64,000 nt of DNA from Gammaproteobacteria bacterium (lineage in GTDB: Bacteria > Pseudomonadota > Gammaproteobacteria > SURF-13), in the NCBI GenBank assembly GCA_016195665.1, contig JACPZD010000024.1, forward strand, positions 99,130 to 163,129, read 5' to 3'. The translations under genes and the position numbers were made by a program. The notes below the pieces were generated by a model, which saw nothing but the letters and a program-made list of their open reading frames with translations, was not told where the DNA came from and made no database searches. Within the stretch, counting starts at the first letter, position 1; each line of letters starts with the position of its first letter. Positions 12,085 through 22,852 of this stretch are shown piece by piece.

Positions 12085-13104
12085 TCACTTAAAACTCTGG
12101 GTAAAGCTAATCAGTGCTGCGAATTTCTCCCTCGCCGCTCCGCTGGCGATAACCGCCTGCGCCTTACGCACGCCCTGCTCCAGGGTAGGCTCGATGCCCG
12201 CCACGTAAATTGCCGCGCCGGCGTTCAATGCCACGATGTCGGTGGCCGGGCCCGGCGTGTCGTCCAACGCGGCGCATAGTAAGCTCAAGCTTTGCTTGGG
12301 GCTCGCCACCACCAGGCTCGCCACATCGGCGCGCATGATGCCGAACTCCTCCGGCGTAATCACGTAGCGGGTGATCGCCCCGTCTTTGAGCTCGGCGACG
12401 TGCGTGGGCGAGGCGATGCTGATCTCATCCATGCCATCCTCGGCGTTCACCACCATCACATGATGGCTGCCCAGGCGCGCGAGCACTTCGGCCAAGGGCG
12501 CCACCCAATCTTTGCCCCACACGCCCACCACTTGATTGCGCGCGCCGGCGGGATTGGTGAGGGGTCCCAGTAAATTAAAAATGGTGCGCACGCCCATCTC
12601 GCGCCGCGGCGCAATGGCGTGCTTCATCGCGCCGTGATGTCTGGGCGCGAACAAAAAACCCACGCCGATCTTCTCTATGCACGCGGCAACCTGCTCGGGC
12701 GTCAAATCGAGATTCACGCCCGCCGCTTCCAGCACGTCGGCGCTGCCCGATTTGCTGGACACCGAACGGTTGCCGTGCTTGGCGACCTTGGCGCCCGCCG
12801 CAGCGGCGACCAGCGCGCTCGCGGTGGAGATGTTGAAGGTGTGCGCGCCGTCGCCGCCCGTGCCGCAGGTGTCCACCAGGCGCCCCACATGCGCCTCAAC
12901 CTTCGTGCATAGTTCGCGCATCACGCGCGCCGCGGCGGCGATCTCCTCGATGGTCTCACCCTTCATGCGCAGGCCGATCAAGAAACCACCGATCTGTGCG
13001 GGCGTGGCCGCCCCGCTCATGATGGTTTCCATGACGGCGGTCATCTCGTCCCCGGATAAATCATGCCGCTCGACTACGGCGCGGATGGCGGATTGGATGT
13101 CCAT
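12085..13104 (-). CDS. trpD: anthranilate phosphoribosyltransferase
   Basis: 339 aa; [18 protein letters not shown] and [19 protein letters not shown] motifs. Confidence 0.95.
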   Translation of the reverse strand: MDIQSAIRAVVERHDLSGDEMTAVMETIMSGAATPAQIGGFLIGLRMKGETIEEIAAAARVMRELCTKVEAHVGRLVDTCGTGGDGAHTFNISTASALVAAAAGAKVAKHGNRSVSSKSGSADVLEAAGVNLDLTPEQVAACIEKIGVGFLFAPRHHGAMKHAIAPRREMGVRTIFNLLGPLTNPAGARNQVVGVWGKDWVAPLAEVLARLGSHHVMVVNAEDGMDEISIASPTHVAELKDGAITRYVITPEEFGIMRADVASLVVASPKQSLSLLCAALDDTPGPATDIVALNAGAAIYVAGIEPTLEQGVRKAQAVIASGAAREKFAALISFTQSFK

Positions 13105-13163
13105 TTAGGCGGGCTCACGCAAAGGCGCTAGGGCGCAATAGCTGTTTATCGAGTATGTTCCCA

Positions 13164-13775
13164 TTATGTAGCTCTTGGCGTCTTTGCGTCTTGGCGTGAA
13201 ATCCTTAGAAAGTTCGCCAATAAATCGTGTCCATATTGGGTCAGTATGGATTCAGGGTGAAACTGAACGCCTTCGACGTTGAGCGTCTTGTGACGCACAC
13301 CCATGATCTCGTCCATCTTGCCTTGCGCGTCTTGCGTCCACGCGGTGACCTCCAGACAGTCCGGCAACGTTTCCTTTTCAATCACCAGCGAGTGATAGCG
13401 TGTCGCCTCGAACGGACTCGGCAAACCCTTGAAGACACCCTTGCCCGTGTGATAGATCAATGAGGTCTTGCCGTGCATCAATTCGCGCGCGTGCATGATC
13501 TTGCCACCGAACGCCTGGCCGATGCTCTGGTGGCCGAGGCACACGCCGAGCAGCGGTATTTTTCCAGCGAATTCCTTTATCGTATCCACCGACACACCCG
13601 CCTCGTCCGGCGTGCACGGCCCAGGCGAGATGACGATGTGCGCGGGCGTGAGTTTTTTGATTTCGGCGAGCGTGATCTGATCGTTGCGAAACACGCGCAC
13701 GTCAGCGCCCAGCTCATCCAGGTACTGCACCAGGTTGTAGGTGAAGGAGTCGTAGTTGTCTATCATCAGGAGCAT
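13164..13775 (-). CDS. trpG: anthranilate synthase component II (glutamine amidotransferase)
   Basis: Internal start [19 protein letters not shown]...; catalytic GVCLGHQ and HPES motifs. The listed ORF carries a 34-aa spurious N-extension. 10-nt overlap with trpE. Confidence 0.9.
   Translation of the reverse strand: MLLMIDNYDSFTYNLVQYLDELGADVRVFRNDQITLAEIKKLTPAHIVISPGPCTPDEAGVSVDTIKEFAGKIPLLGVCLGHQSIGQAFGGKIMHARELMHGKTSLIYHTGKGVFKGLPSPFEATRYHSLVIEKETLPDCLEVTAWTQDAQGKMDEIMGVRHKTLNVEGVQFHPESILTQYGHDLLANFLRISRQDAKTPRAT
13165..13215. repeat. partial family-A half-element (TCTTGGCGTCTTTGCGTCTTGGCG)
   Basis: trpD-trpG spacer; matches one arm of the family-A core. Confidence 0.5.
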
Positions 13776-15325
13776 GGTGTTACCTCCGGCACCGTGACAG
13801 GGGTGACATCGAGGCCTCTGGATGCCGTCACCGCTGCGCTCACCAGGGCGCGCGCCTTGCTCATGGTCTCTTCCCATTCCTGACGCGGCACCGAATCCGC
13901 GACGATGCCCGCGCCCGCCTGCACGTGCAGCATGCCGTCTTTGAGGACGGCGGTGCGGATCGCAATCGCGGTGTCCATGTTGCCGTTCCAGCCGAGATAT
14001 CCCACCGCGCCGGAATATATACCGCGCTTCACCGGTTCCAGTTCGTCAATGATTTCCATGGCACGGATTTTTGGCGCACCGCTCACCGTGCCTGCCGGAA
14101 AAGTAGCACGCAAGGCGTCCAACGCCGTCATGCCCTTTTTTAAGCGCCCCGCGACGTTGGAGACGATGTGCATGACATGTGAATAACGCTCGATGATCAT
14201 TTTCTCCGTAAGCTTCACGCTGCCGGTCTCGGCGACACGCCCCACGTCGTTGCGCCCCAAGTCTATCAACATCAAATGTTCGGCGCGCTCTTTCGGATCG
14301 GCGAGCAGCTCCTGCTCCAGCGCGCGGTCCTCCTCTTCGGTACCACCGCGCCTGCGCGTCCCGGCGATAGGGCGTACGGTAATCACGCCGTCTTCCAGGC
14401 GCGTCAAGATCTCCGGCGAGGAACCGACCACATGAAAATCGCTGAGATCCAGATAAAACATATAAGGCGACGGGTTCAGCGCGCGCAGCGCGCGGTAAAA
14501 ATTCAACGCGCTGCCTGCATACGGCGCAGTGAGGCGCTGCGACAACATCACCTGCATGATGTCGCCTTCCACGATGTAATGCTTGACGCGCGCGACGGCT
14601 TGTTCAAAACCCTGTTGCGTGAAGCCGGACACGAAATCCTCTTCGCGTAGGGTATGCACGGTGTCATGCGGATGCGGTGTAGCATGCTGCAATCGCTCGA
14701 CGAGTTCGTCGAGCCTGGCCTGCGCCTTGTTCCAGGCATCTTCCAACGCGGGATTGACGTGGATCACCAGATACAGTTTGCCGCTCAAATTATCGAACAC
14801 CACCACTTCATCCGATACCATGAGCAGAATGTCCGGCGTGCCGAGCGCGTCGGGTTTGGTGCACTTGGCCAGGCGCGGCTCGATGTAGCGCACCGTACCG
14901 TAACCGAAGTAACCGACCAGCCCCCCGGTGAAGCGCGGCAGTCCCGCCGCGGGCGCTATTTTGTAGCGCGCCTGAAACTGCTCGATCCAGGTCAGCGGAT
15001 CGTCGCTCTGCATGCGCTCAATAATCGCACCGTCTTTTTCCACCGTGATGTCATGACCGGAGACGCGCATGATGGTGCGGCAGGGGAGTCCGATGATGGA
15101 GTAGCGCCCCCACTTTTCACCGCCCTGCACCGATTCGAATAAGTATGAATAAGGCGCGGTCGCTCCCGGCATCCTGCCTCCCGCGACACTAGTATGTCCT
15201 TGTGCGTCGTCGGCGAGTTTGAGGTAGGCACTGAGCGGCGTGTCGAGGTCGGCACAGACCTCGCGTACCAGCGGAATGCGGTTATAACCCTGGCGCGCCA
15301 GGGCGTCGAATAGTTGCGGTGTCAT
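13766..15325 (-). CDS. trpE: anthranilate synthase component I, carrying a 17-aa in-frame insertion near the N-terminus
   Basis: 519 aa; LLESVQGG-type motif ([19 protein letters not shown]) and C-terminal chorismate-binding domain. The sequence [17 protein letters not shown] interrupts the normally contiguous LKLAD-AP-YS region. Confidence 0.95.
   Translation of the reverse strand: MTPQLFDALARQGYNRIPLVREVCADLDTPLSAYLKLADDAQGHTSVAGGRMPGATAPYSYLFESVQGGEKWGRYSIIGLPCRTIMRVSGHDITVEKDGAIIERMQSDDPLTWIEQFQARYKIAPAAGLPRFTGGLVGYFGYGTVRYIEPRLAKCTKPDALGTPDILLMVSDEVVVFDNLSGKLYLVIHVNPALEDAWNKAQARLDELVERLQHATPHPHDTVHTLREEDFVSGFTQQGFEQAVARVKHYIVEGDIMQVMLSQRLTAPYAGSALNFYRALRALNPSPYMFYLDLSDFHVVGSSPEILTRLEDGVITVRPIAGTRRRGGTEEEDRALEQELLADPKERAEHLMLIDLGRNDVGRVAETGSVKLTEKMIIERYSHVMHIVSNVAGRLKKGMTALDALRATFPAGTVSGAPKIRAMEIIDELEPVKRGIYSGAVGYLGWNGNMDTAIAIRTAVLKDGMLHVQAGAGIVADSVPRQEWEETMSKARALVSAAVTASRGLDVTPVTVPEVTPCS
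15158..15208 (-). repeat. 51-nt in-frame coding-embedded element, copy 1 (in trpE)
   Basis: Sense strand cGACGCACAAGGACATACTAGTGTCGCGGGAGGCAGGATGCCGGGAGCGAC; translated [17 protein letters not shown]; 48/51 identical to the copies in lysA and gpmI. Confidence 0.9.
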
Positions 15326-15367
15326 GGTCGTTGCTTGTCGAGATAACGGTTAAACGGGCGTAGCAAT

Positions 15368-15423
15368 ACAGGGCAGATTCAAGCGTGCGCTTAAACCCGC
15401 CATCGTTTTGCTGATCTGCCCTG
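15368..15423 (-). promoter_or_regulatory. 10-bp inverted repeat (ACAGGGCAGAT ... ATCTGCCCTGT) in the gph-trpE spacer
   Basis: Candidate terminator or operator separating gph from trpE; no T-run follows. Confidence 0.3.
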
Positions 15424-15435
15424 TTTCATCATCTG

Positions 15436-16125
15436 TTAAGCAACGGCCCGGTTTGCGTTGAAGAGAGGCGGTAATTCTACCAAAGAATCTATCACTGCGT
15501 CAGGTTTGGCGGAGCGGATGTCCCGGCCGTGATTATAGCCGTAACTCATGCAGACGATCTTGAATCCGGCGGCGCGCGCGGCCTTTACATCGCTTTCCGA
15601 GTCGCCCACCATCAGCGCCTGCTCCGGCGCCACATCGAAAAACCGCGCGGCGTGCAACAAGGGCTCCGGGTGCGGTTTCTGCTGCGGGAGGGTGTCGCCG
15701 CTGATGACGATGGAAAAATTGTCCCGGATGCCCATTTTTTCCAGCAACGGCTCGGTGAATTGCGCCGGTTTGTTGGTGACGCAGCCGAGTTTATAGCCGG
15801 CCGTCTTGAGCAGCGCCAGCCCTTCCTTCACCCCTGGGTAGAGACGGCTGTCCACACAGGTGTGCCCGGCGTACAAGTCCTTGAAGACGGTCAAGGCGCG
15901 TTCAAACAGTTCGGGGTCCGCCTTGCCGTCCAACTCGTCGGTGAGCGCGCGGTGCACCAGGCGCACTATGCCGTTACCCACCCATAGCCGGACGCGCGCT
16001 TCGCCGCGCGGCGGCATACCCAGCGCCTCCATCGTTTTGTCCACGCACCAGGCGAGATCCGGTACACTGTCCACCAGTGTGCCGTCCAAATCTATCAACA
16101 CCATTTTGGGAGTTTTTAACGTCAT
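15436..16125 (-). CDS. gph: phosphoglycolate phosphatase (HAD superfamily)
   Basis: HAD motif I VLIDLDGTLVDS, GCVTNKP, MVGDSESD; conserved rpe-gph-trpE neighbourhood. Confidence 0.85.
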   Translation of the reverse strand: MTLKTPKMVLIDLDGTLVDSVPDLAWCVDKTMEALGMPPRGEARVRLWVGNGIVRLVHRALTDELDGKADPELFERALTVFKDLYAGHTCVDSRLYPGVKEGLALLKTAGYKLGCVTNKPAQFTEPLLEKMGIRDNFSIVISGDTLPQQKPHPEPLLHAARFFDVAPEQALMVGDSESDVKAARAAGFKIVCMSYGYNHGRDIRSAKPDAVIDSLVELPPLFNANRAVA

Positions 16126-16129
16126 GGGA

Positions 16130-16810
16130 TTAAGACTTGCGGCCCGCTGCTTTTTTCAATTCTTCACGCATCTTGGCAATGGTGGCTTTGTAATCCGGCG
16201 TGCTGAAGATCGCCGAACCCGCGACGAAGGTGTCGGCGCCCGCCTCGGCGATCTCGCGGATGTTGTCGGTCTTCACGCCGCCGTCTATTTCCAGGCGGAT
16301 AGGGTAGCCGGACTCGTCAATCAGCCGGCGCGCCTCGCGCAGCTTGGGCAGGGTTGCAGGGATAAAACTCTGGCCGCCGAAGCCGGGGTTCACCGACATA
16401 AGCAGGATCATGTCTACTTTGTCCATCACGTATTTCAGATGATCGAGCGGTGTGGCGGGGTTGAACACCAGGCCGGATTTGCAGCCGAGGCTGCGCACCA
16501 GTTGCAGCGAGCGGTCTATGTGCTCTGTGGCCTCGGGGTGAAAGGTGATGTACGTGGCGCCGGCCTTGGCGAAGTCCGGGATGATGCGATCCACCGGTTT
16601 CACCATCAGGTGCACGTCTATCGGCGCGGTGACGCCGTGCTTGCGCAGCGCCTCGCATATCAGCGGGCCGATGGTGAGGTTGGGGACATAATGGTTATCC
16701 ATCACGTCGAAGTGCACGATGTCGGCGCCGGCCTTGAGCACGGCGTCAACTTCTTCACCCAGGCGCGCAAAGTCCGCCGAGAGGATGGAGGGGGCGATGA
16801 AGTAAGGCAT
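16130..16810 (-). CDS. rpe: ribulose-phosphate 3-epimerase
   Basis: 226 aa; [38 protein letters not shown] motifs. Confidence 0.95.
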   Translation of the reverse strand: MPYFIAPSILSADFARLGEEVDAVLKAGADIVHFDVMDNHYVPNLTIGPLICEALRKHGVTAPIDVHLMVKPVDRIIPDFAKAGATYITFHPEATEHIDRSLQLVRSLGCKSGLVFNPATPLDHLKYVMDKVDMILLMSVNPGFGGQSFIPATLPKLREARRLIDESGYPIRLEIDGGVKTDNIREIAEAGADTFVAGSAIFSTPDYKATIAKMREELKKAAGRKS

Positions 16811-16854
16811 GGGTATCCTGCTACCGGTTAGAGTGAGGGCCTCACTCTAACCGA

Positions 16855-19335
16855 TTACGCCAAAATTTTCATCTGGCCTGGATTAACGAGCAATGCGGAT
16901 TCCCACGGTTGAGGGGCGCTGATGGCGTAACCCTGGGCATAGTCCACGCCGATCTTTTTAAGTTCCCGCAGTATGGTCTCGCTCTCCACCCACTCGGCGA
17001 TGGTCTGGATACGCATCACATGGCCGATTTGATTGATGGACTCGACCATGGCGTGGTCTATCGGGTCGTTCATCATGTCCTTGATAAACACCCCGTCTAT
17101 CTTGAGATAATCCACCGGAAGGTTTTTAAGATAGGTGAAGGAGCTTAGTCCGCTGCCGAAGTCGTCCAGCGCGAAGCGGCAACCCATGCCCTTGAGGGTC
17201 GAAATGAAGCGCATCGCGCGCGACAGGTTCGCAATGGCCGCGGTCTCGGTGATCTCGAAACAAAGCTGGGAAGGCGTCACGCCGGCCTGACTCAGCTCAT
17301 CCACCACGAAATTGAGAAAGCGGTCATCGCACAGCGACTGGCCGGAAAGATTGATGGCGCAGGTGGCGAGGTCATTACCGGAACCGCGCCGGCTGAGCCA
17401 TGCGAGCGCGCGGCGGATCACCCAGCGGTCCAGGGTGGGCATCAGGCTGTAGCGCTCCGCTGCGGGTATGAAGGCGGATGGCAGGGTGAGTTCGCCGTCC
17501 GGATCCTTCATGCGTAATAGGAGTTCATAGTGCGCCCCCGGCGCGGCGGCGGGATTCAAGGGCAGCATGGTCTGGTAGTAAAGACAGAAACTGTCTTCCT
17601 CCAGGGCCTTGTGGATGCGGCCTATCCAGCGCATTTCACCGCGTCGCTGCAGCAGAGCGGTATCGTTGGCCCGATAGACCTGCACGCGATTGCGGCCGTG
17701 GTCCTTGGCGACGTAACAGGCCGAATCGGCCGCGGAGAGCACATCGGTGAGGCTGCCGCTGTCGGAGGTGATGGCGACCAGGCCGATGCTCGCGCCGATC
17801 TCGAAGAGACGGTCTCCCCAGGCGAAGCGGAATTTGCCGATCGCATCGCGCAGCGCCTCGGCGATGCTGAAGGCCTTGTCGAGCGGGCAGCCTTCCAGCA
17901 GCACGCCGAATTCATCGCCGCCCAGACGCGCCAGCACGTCGTTTTCGCGCACCAGGCTGTGCAGCGTCCCGGCCAGCTCCTTCAACAATTGGTCGCCGGC
18001 GATATGGCCGCAACTGTCGTTGACGATCTTGAACTGGTCGAGATCTATATAACACATGGCGTGATGCCTGCCGTCATTCGCGGCGCTCTCCAGCGCCTGA
18101 TTGAGATAGGTCTCAAACTCGCGGCGGTTGATGAGTCCGGTGAGGGAATCATGGCGGGCCTGATAGGCAATCTGGTTGGCCAGCACGCGGGCATGAGTCA
18201 CGTCATGAAATACCAGCACCGCGCCGATGATATTGCCGCTGCGGTCGCGAATGGGGGCGGCAGAATCTTCGATGGCGAATTCCACGCCGTCGCGGCGCAC
18301 TAGCACGGTGTATTGACTCAATGCCACACTGCGTTGCTCCCGCAGGCACACCGTGGCCGGGCATTCGACCGGTTGACGAGTGGTTTCATGCATGGCGTTG
18401 AACACCTGCAAGAGTGGCCGCCCCTGGGCCTCCGCGCTGTCCCACCCGGTGATCTCCTCCGCGATAGGGTTGAGATACGTGACAAGACCCTCCGCATCGG
18501 TGGTGATCACCGCGTCGCCGATGGATTGCAGGGTGACCTGGGCGCGCTCCTTTTCGTGAAACAGCGTCTCTTCGGCCTGTCTGCGCTCGGTGATGTCCTG
18601 AATGATGGCGACGAACACCGGCGCGGTTTCGGAGCGCGAGTATTGCAGCTTGGCTTCGATGGGATAGGTGGAGCCGTCCTTGCGCCGGTGTGTCGCCTCG
18701 AAACCGATCTGTTCTCGCTCCCCGCTCAGCAGCGGCGCGCAAAGGCGCGCGAAGCGCTCGGGGGTGAGGTTGGGCTTGATGTCGAGCGGCGTCATAAGCC
18801 GCATTTCCTCGGCGCTGTAACCGATATTGCACACTGTGGTTTGATTGACCTGTAAAAAGCGCAGCGTCTCGGGGTCGAAGATATAGATCTCCACCGGGGA
18901 GTTGTCCATGATTCTGCCCATGCGCGCCAGCATCTCCTCCGCCTGCCTGCGCTTGCGCCGCTCCACCGCCTCGCGCAGCTCGCGTTCGACCACGGCAACC
19001 AGCCGCGCCATGTTGGTTTTCAAGACATAGTCACCGGCGCCCGCCCGCATGGCCTCCACGGCGCGCTCCTCTCCGACGGTGCCGGAGACGATCACAAACG
19101 GCAGGTCGAGACCGCTCTCCTGCAAGATGCGCAACGCATCGGGGGCGGTGAAGCTCGGCATGCTGAAATCGGACAGCAGAATATCCCAGGGCTTGCTGAG
19201 CGCTCTTTTCAGCGCGGCGGCGGTTTCCACCCGTTCATACTCGAGCCGGTAGCCGCCGCGCTCAAGTTCGCGCACGATAAGCGCGGCGTCAGACTCAGTG
19301 TCCTCGGCGATAAGCACCCGTAGCATGGGTTTCAT
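16855..19335 (-). CDS. response regulator with REC-PAS-PAS-GGDEF-EAL architecture (c-di-GMP turnover)
   Basis: 826 aa; N-terminal receiver (LIAEDTESDAALIVREL ... DILLSDFSMP), PAS repeats, RLGGDEFGVLL (GGDEF), QLCFEITETAAIA / DDFGSGLSSFTYL (EAL). Confidence 0.9.
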   Translation of the reverse strand: MKPMLRVLIAEDTESDAALIVRELERGGYRLEYERVETAAALKRALSKPWDILLSDFSMPSFTAPDALRILQESGLDLPFVIVSGTVGEERAVEAMRAGAGDYVLKTNMARLVAVVERELREAVERRKRRQAEEMLARMGRIMDNSPVEIYIFDPETLRFLQVNQTTVCNIGYSAEEMRLMTPLDIKPNLTPERFARLCAPLLSGEREQIGFEATHRRKDGSTYPIEAKLQYSRSETAPVFVAIIQDITERRQAEETLFHEKERAQVTLQSIGDAVITTDAEGLVTYLNPIAEEITGWDSAEAQGRPLLQVFNAMHETTRQPVECPATVCLREQRSVALSQYTVLVRRDGVEFAIEDSAAPIRDRSGNIIGAVLVFHDVTHARVLANQIAYQARHDSLTGLINRREFETYLNQALESAANDGRHHAMCYIDLDQFKIVNDSCGHIAGDQLLKELAGTLHSLVRENDVLARLGGDEFGVLLEGCPLDKAFSIAEALRDAIGKFRFAWGDRLFEIGASIGLVAITSDSGSLTDVLSAADSACYVAKDHGRNRVQVYRANDTALLQRRGEMRWIGRIHKALEEDSFCLYYQTMLPLNPAAAPGAHYELLLRMKDPDGELTLPSAFIPAAERYSLMPTLDRWVIRRALAWLSRRGSGNDLATCAINLSGQSLCDDRFLNFVVDELSQAGVTPSQLCFEITETAAIANLSRAMRFISTLKGMGCRFALDDFGSGLSSFTYLKNLPVDYLKIDGVFIKDMMNDPIDHAMVESINQIGHVMRIQTIAEWVESETILRELKKIGVDYAQGYAISAPQPWESALLVNPGQMKILA

Positions 19336-19338
19336 AGA

Positions 19339-19782
19339 TTAAGACACTCTGGGAGGGGGCTCATTGATAAGCAGCCAGTACAGACCCAGTTGCCGCACTG
19401 CCTCTACGAACTGCACGAAATCCACCGGCTTGCGGATATAGCTGTTGGCGCCGAGACGGTAGCCGTTGATCAGGTCTTGCTCTTCTCTGGAGGAGGTCAG
19501 GATCACCACCGGTAAATAGGAAGTCACGGGGTGACCGCGCAGTTGCCTCAAAACTTCGAGCCCGTCTATCTTGGGCAATTTCAAATCCAGCAAGATAAGT
19601 TGCGGGAGGCCATCTTCGTCGCGTCCCTGATAACTGCCCTGGGCAAACAGATAGTCCAGCGCCTCCGCCCCGTCGCGCGCCACGATGATTTCATTGGCGA
19701 TGTTATTTTTGTTGAAGGCGCGCAGGGTCAGCGCCTCGTCATCGGGGTTGTCCTCAACCAGCAGAATGATTTTCTGTTCCAT
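19339..19782 (-). CDS. stand-alone response regulator receiver (CheY-like)
   Basis: About 147 aa from MEQKIILLVEDNPDDEALTL...LILLDLKLPKIDGLEVL; no output domain. Lies between the CHASE kinase and the REC-GGDEF-EAL protein. Confidence 0.85.
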   Translation of the reverse strand: MEQKIILLVEDNPDDEALTLRAFNKNNIANEIIVARDGAEALDYLFAQGSYQGRDEDGLPQLILLDLKLPKIDGLEVLRQLRGHPVTSYLPVVILTSSREEQDLINGYRLGANSYIRKPVDFVQFVEAVRQLGLYWLLINEPPPRVS

Positions 19783-19807
19783 AAAGGCGCCCATCGCAAA
19801 CGCTTAT

Positions 19808-19945
19808 AGGGAAACTCTGAAAAATATATCGCCAACCGCCAAGGCGCCAAGGTCACCAAGAAAAAAGGCTTGAATTTGTAAAGAAAAGTCTTGGCGTTCT
19901 TGGCGTCTTGGCGGTTCAACATGCATAAATCAGAGCTTCCTGCTG
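19808..19945. mobile_element. family-A MITE-like element
   Basis: GGGAAACTCTGAAAAATATATCGCCAACCGCCAAGGCGCCAAGGTCACCAAGAAAAAAGGCTTGAATTTGTAAAGAAAAGTCTTGGCGTTCTTGGCGTCTTGGCGGTTCAAC...CAGAGCTTCC, almost base-for-base identical to 39136..39270; between the REC gene and the CHASE kinase. Confidence 0.85.
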
Positions 19946-19999
19946 AAAGTAATTGAGACTCAGTCTCACAGCGTTAGCAGGCTGTTGAAAATCTCATTT

Positions 20000-22201
20000 T
20001 CAACAGCCTGTTAGGGTATGGTCGCCGAGGCTGAAATAGAAGGTGGCGCCCCGTCCCACCTCCCCTTCGGCCCACACCCGTCCGCCGTGGCGGGAGATAA
20101 TGCGCTGTACCGTGGCGAGCCCGACACCATGCCCTTCAAATTCGGCCGCGGGATGGAGGCGCTGAAAGGGCGAGAACAGCTTACCGGCATAGGCCATATT
20201 GAATCCCGCCCCGTCATCGCGTACGAAATAGACGGCCCTGCCGTCCTCCACGAGCGCGCCGAATTCGATTCTGGCCTGCGGATGCCTGCGGGTAAACTTC
20301 CAGGCATTGGCGAACAGATTGGTCAACACCACCCGCAGCAGGCGCGCATCTCCGACGGTGCTCAGCGCCGGCGCGATGACGATCTCCGCCGCGCGCTCCG
20401 GATCGGTCTTGCGCAGATCGGCGGTGATCTCTTTGGCGAGGGGGCTCAAGTCCACTCGCTCGCGGCGCAGTTCGCTGCGGGTCACCCGCGCCAGTTCCAA
20501 CAAATCGTCAATCAGCACGGCCATGTGCTGGCTCGCGCCGCGCACGCGCTGCAAATAACCGAGGGCGGCGGCGTCCAGCTGTGCGCCATAGTCCTCGAGC
20601 AGGGCCTGGCTGAAGCCGTTGATGGAACGCAGCGGCGCGCGCAAGTCGTGGGAGACCGAGTAGCTGAAGGCCTCCAGTTCCTGGTTGGCGGCGGCGAGCT
20701 CGGCGGTGCGTTCCTGCACCCGCTGCTCCAACTCCGTGTTCAGCATCTGCACATGACTCTCGGCCCGTTTGCGCTCGGTGATGTCTTGCAGTGTGCCCAC
20801 GATGCGGACCGGTTTGCCGGCGGCGTCGGTGATGACCTCGGCATGGTGGTAGACGAACCGCTCCCGGCGATCGTTTGCGCCCAGGCGATGATCTATGCCG
20901 AAAGACTGTTGCGCGTTAAGCGCGGCATCCAGGTGTTTTTTGACCAGCGCCAAATCCTTCGGGTGTATCACATTCAGCAGGGCCTGATAATCCGGCGCCG
21001 TTGCGCCTCGCGTGAGGCCGCACAAGTCATATAATTCGTCCGACCAGCGCCAGCTGTAGTCGGCGAGATTCACCTCCCAACTGCCCATCCGGCCGATCTG
21101 CTGGGCGCGCGCGAGATTGGCCCGGTTTTCCCGCAATTCGCTGGCGATGCGCTGGTCCTTGATGCGGGCGTTTACCTGGTTACGGGTAATCCAGAACAGC
21201 AGCAGGCTGAGCGCTATCCCCCCGCCTAATACGATCCACGGCAGTTCCAGGTTGAGGTCCTGGTCGAATTGCGGCAGGGTGGAGAAGTGCAGGGTCCAGA
21301 TATGGCCGGCAACCTCCAGCTCAGAGGTGCGGAGGAAACGCGCCCGGTAAGACGGATCCAGGGCATGCGCTACGCCGTCATCATCATAGAGCAGTGTGGC
21401 ACGGTTCAGGGTGCGGCCGTCAAACACCTCAAAATCCACCTGGGGATGATTTTGTTTCAGGTAGATGTCGCGCAATAGCTCATGAGCGCGAAACACTCCG
21501 CTCACATAACCTTGCAAGGCATCACGCCGTTGCTGCACCGTGTCGAGGGCGGCGCCGTTGCGATAGACCGGCACAAACAACAAAAAGCCGGGTTGGTCAT
21601 CCGGCCCCTCGACCAGGCGCGGAATTCTGCTTCCCAAAGAGGGGAGACCGGTATCGCGGGCCCGCGCCAGCGCGTCTAGGTTCATGGGCGCCTTCACATC
21701 GAATGCCAGCGCCAGAGGCGTAAAGGGCTCAATGAGTTCGATGGGAAAATAGTCCCGCGCTTTTTTATGCAACAAGCCGGTGCGGCCACTTTCTAGATCC
21801 CACGCACGATAGTCGCCCAGCCCATCGTGCTTGAGCCGCGCGTGAAACGCCTCCAAGGTCGCCGGCGTCTCACGGGGGGTGTATTGAATCGCAGCGAGCC
21901 CCGGGTAACGCCCGGCAACGTTAATAGTGCCGACATAGTTGCGAAACTCGGCGCGCGTTACCGACTCGCTTGCGGCGAACAGGGCGCGGGCGGCCCGTAA
22001 GACGTCTATGTAGCGATCCATGCGCCGCTCCAGCCAGACGCGCGTGGTCTCCACCGCTGCATCAAAGCGGACTTTGGCCTGGGCTTCCACCATCAGCGTG
22101 TCGCGATACGCCTCCACGCCGGTGACCAGCAGGCCGACCAGCAACACCCCATACGGCAACCACTGACGCAATCCTTTGGTATCGAATTTATTCAGTGGCA
22201 T
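20000..22201 (-). CDS. CHASE-domain sensor histidine kinase (CHASE-TM-PAS-HisKA-HATPase)
   Basis: 733 aa; N-terminal TM + periplasmic CHASE-like region, PAS, H-box [20 protein letters not shown]-terminal ATPase G-boxes. Confidence 0.85.
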   Translation of the reverse strand: MPLNKFDTKGLRQWLPYGVLLVGLLVTGVEAYRDTLMVEAQAKVRFDAAVETTRVWLERRMDRYIDVLRAARALFAASESVTRAEFRNYVGTINVAGRYPGLAAIQYTPRETPATLEAFHARLKHDGLGDYRAWDLESGRTGLLHKKARDYFPIELIEPFTPLALAFDVKAPMNLDALARARDTGLPSLGSRIPRLVEGPDDQPGFLLFVPVYRNGAALDTVQQRRDALQGYVSGVFRAHELLRDIYLKQNHPQVDFEVFDGRTLNRATLLYDDDGVAHALDPSYRARFLRTSELEVAGHIWTLHFSTLPQFDQDLNLELPWIVLGGGIALSLLLFWITRNQVNARIKDQRIASELRENRANLARAQQIGRMGSWEVNLADYSWRWSDELYDLCGLTRGATAPDYQALLNVIHPKDLALVKKHLDAALNAQQSFGIDHRLGANDRRERFVYHHAEVITDAAGKPVRIVGTLQDITERKRAESHVQMLNTELEQRVQERTAELAAANQELEAFSYSVSHDLRAPLRSINGFSQALLEDYGAQLDAAALGYLQRVRGASQHMAVLIDDLLELARVTRSELRRERVDLSPLAKEITADLRKTDPERAAEIVIAPALSTVGDARLLRVVLTNLFANAWKFTRRHPQARIEFGALVEDGRAVYFVRDDGAGFNMAYAGKLFSPFQRLHPAAEFEGHGVGLATVQRIISRHGGRVWAEGEVGRGATFYFSLGDHTLTGC

Positions 22202-22303
22202 GGGGTGAGCGGCGGGCTTAGGAACGCGAACGCCCGCACAGGGATGTGCGGGCTGGGGCTTGGGCTAGTATCCGAAGTCGCGCCATGGATGGCTGAAAAG
22301 GGG

Positions 22304-22741
22304 CTAGGGGCCAGGGGTGTTGTGCTGCACCCAGCGCGTACCGTCGTCGAGCATCTCTTGTTTCCAAAACGGCGCGCGGTCTTTCAGTTCCTCGATCAGA
22401 TAGCGGCAAGCGTCGAAGGCCGGCGCGCGATGCGTCGCCCATACCGCCACCAGCACGATGGGATCATTAGGCTGGAGCGCGCCGTAACGATGGATGATGA
22501 GGCTGTCCACGATGTCCCAGCGGCGCGCGGCTTCGCTGCTGATCGTATCCAGGTGCTTTTCCGTCATGCCTGGATAATGTTCCAGTGTCATGCTGCGCAC
22601 GGAGTCACCTTCGTTGAGGTCGCGCATTGTTCCGACAAAAACGGCGCTGGCGCCATACTTGCCGGCGGGTAGTGTCTGGATTTGATACGCGGCCAGTTCG
22701 GCCCAAGGGTCGAAGGCTGTGTCACGCACAAAAATGGCCAT
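22304..22741 (-). CDS. moaE: molybdopterin synthase catalytic subunit
   Basis: 145 aa; MoaE-like across the full length (LVAVWATHRAPAFDACRYLIEELKDRAPFWK). Confidence 0.85.
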   Translation of the reverse strand: MAIFVRDTAFDPWAELAAYQIQTLPAGKYGASAVFVGTMRDLNEGDSVRSMTLEHYPGMTEKHLDTISSEAARRWDIVDSLIIHRYGALQPNDPIVLVAVWATHRAPAFDACRYLIEELKDRAPFWKQEMLDDGTRWVQHNTPGP

Positions 22742-22768
22742 ATATATACCTCATAACTCACAGCCACA

Positions 22769-22850
22769 GGGGCTACGAGTGAGGCGTAAGGGGTGAGGAG
22801 TGAGGAGGAACACCACTTTAACACCTCACGCCTCACTCCTCACGTGCCTT
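22769..22850. repeat. family-D palindromic element
   Basis: GGGGCTACGAGTGAGGCGTAAGGGGTGAGGAGTGAGGAGGAACACCACTTTAACACCTCACGCCTCACTCCTCACGTGCC between moaE and moaD. Confidence 0.8.
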
Positions 22851-22852
22851 TA

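Noticed and set aside
19728-19922. Small ORFs 19728..19922 (-), 39136..39318 (-) and 50425..50712 (+) sharing LNRQDAKNAKTFLYKFKPFFLVTLAPWRLAIYFSEFP
   Set aside because: Their similarity comes from being translations of the family-A repeat element itself. They have no start context and no coding signal beyond the repeat.
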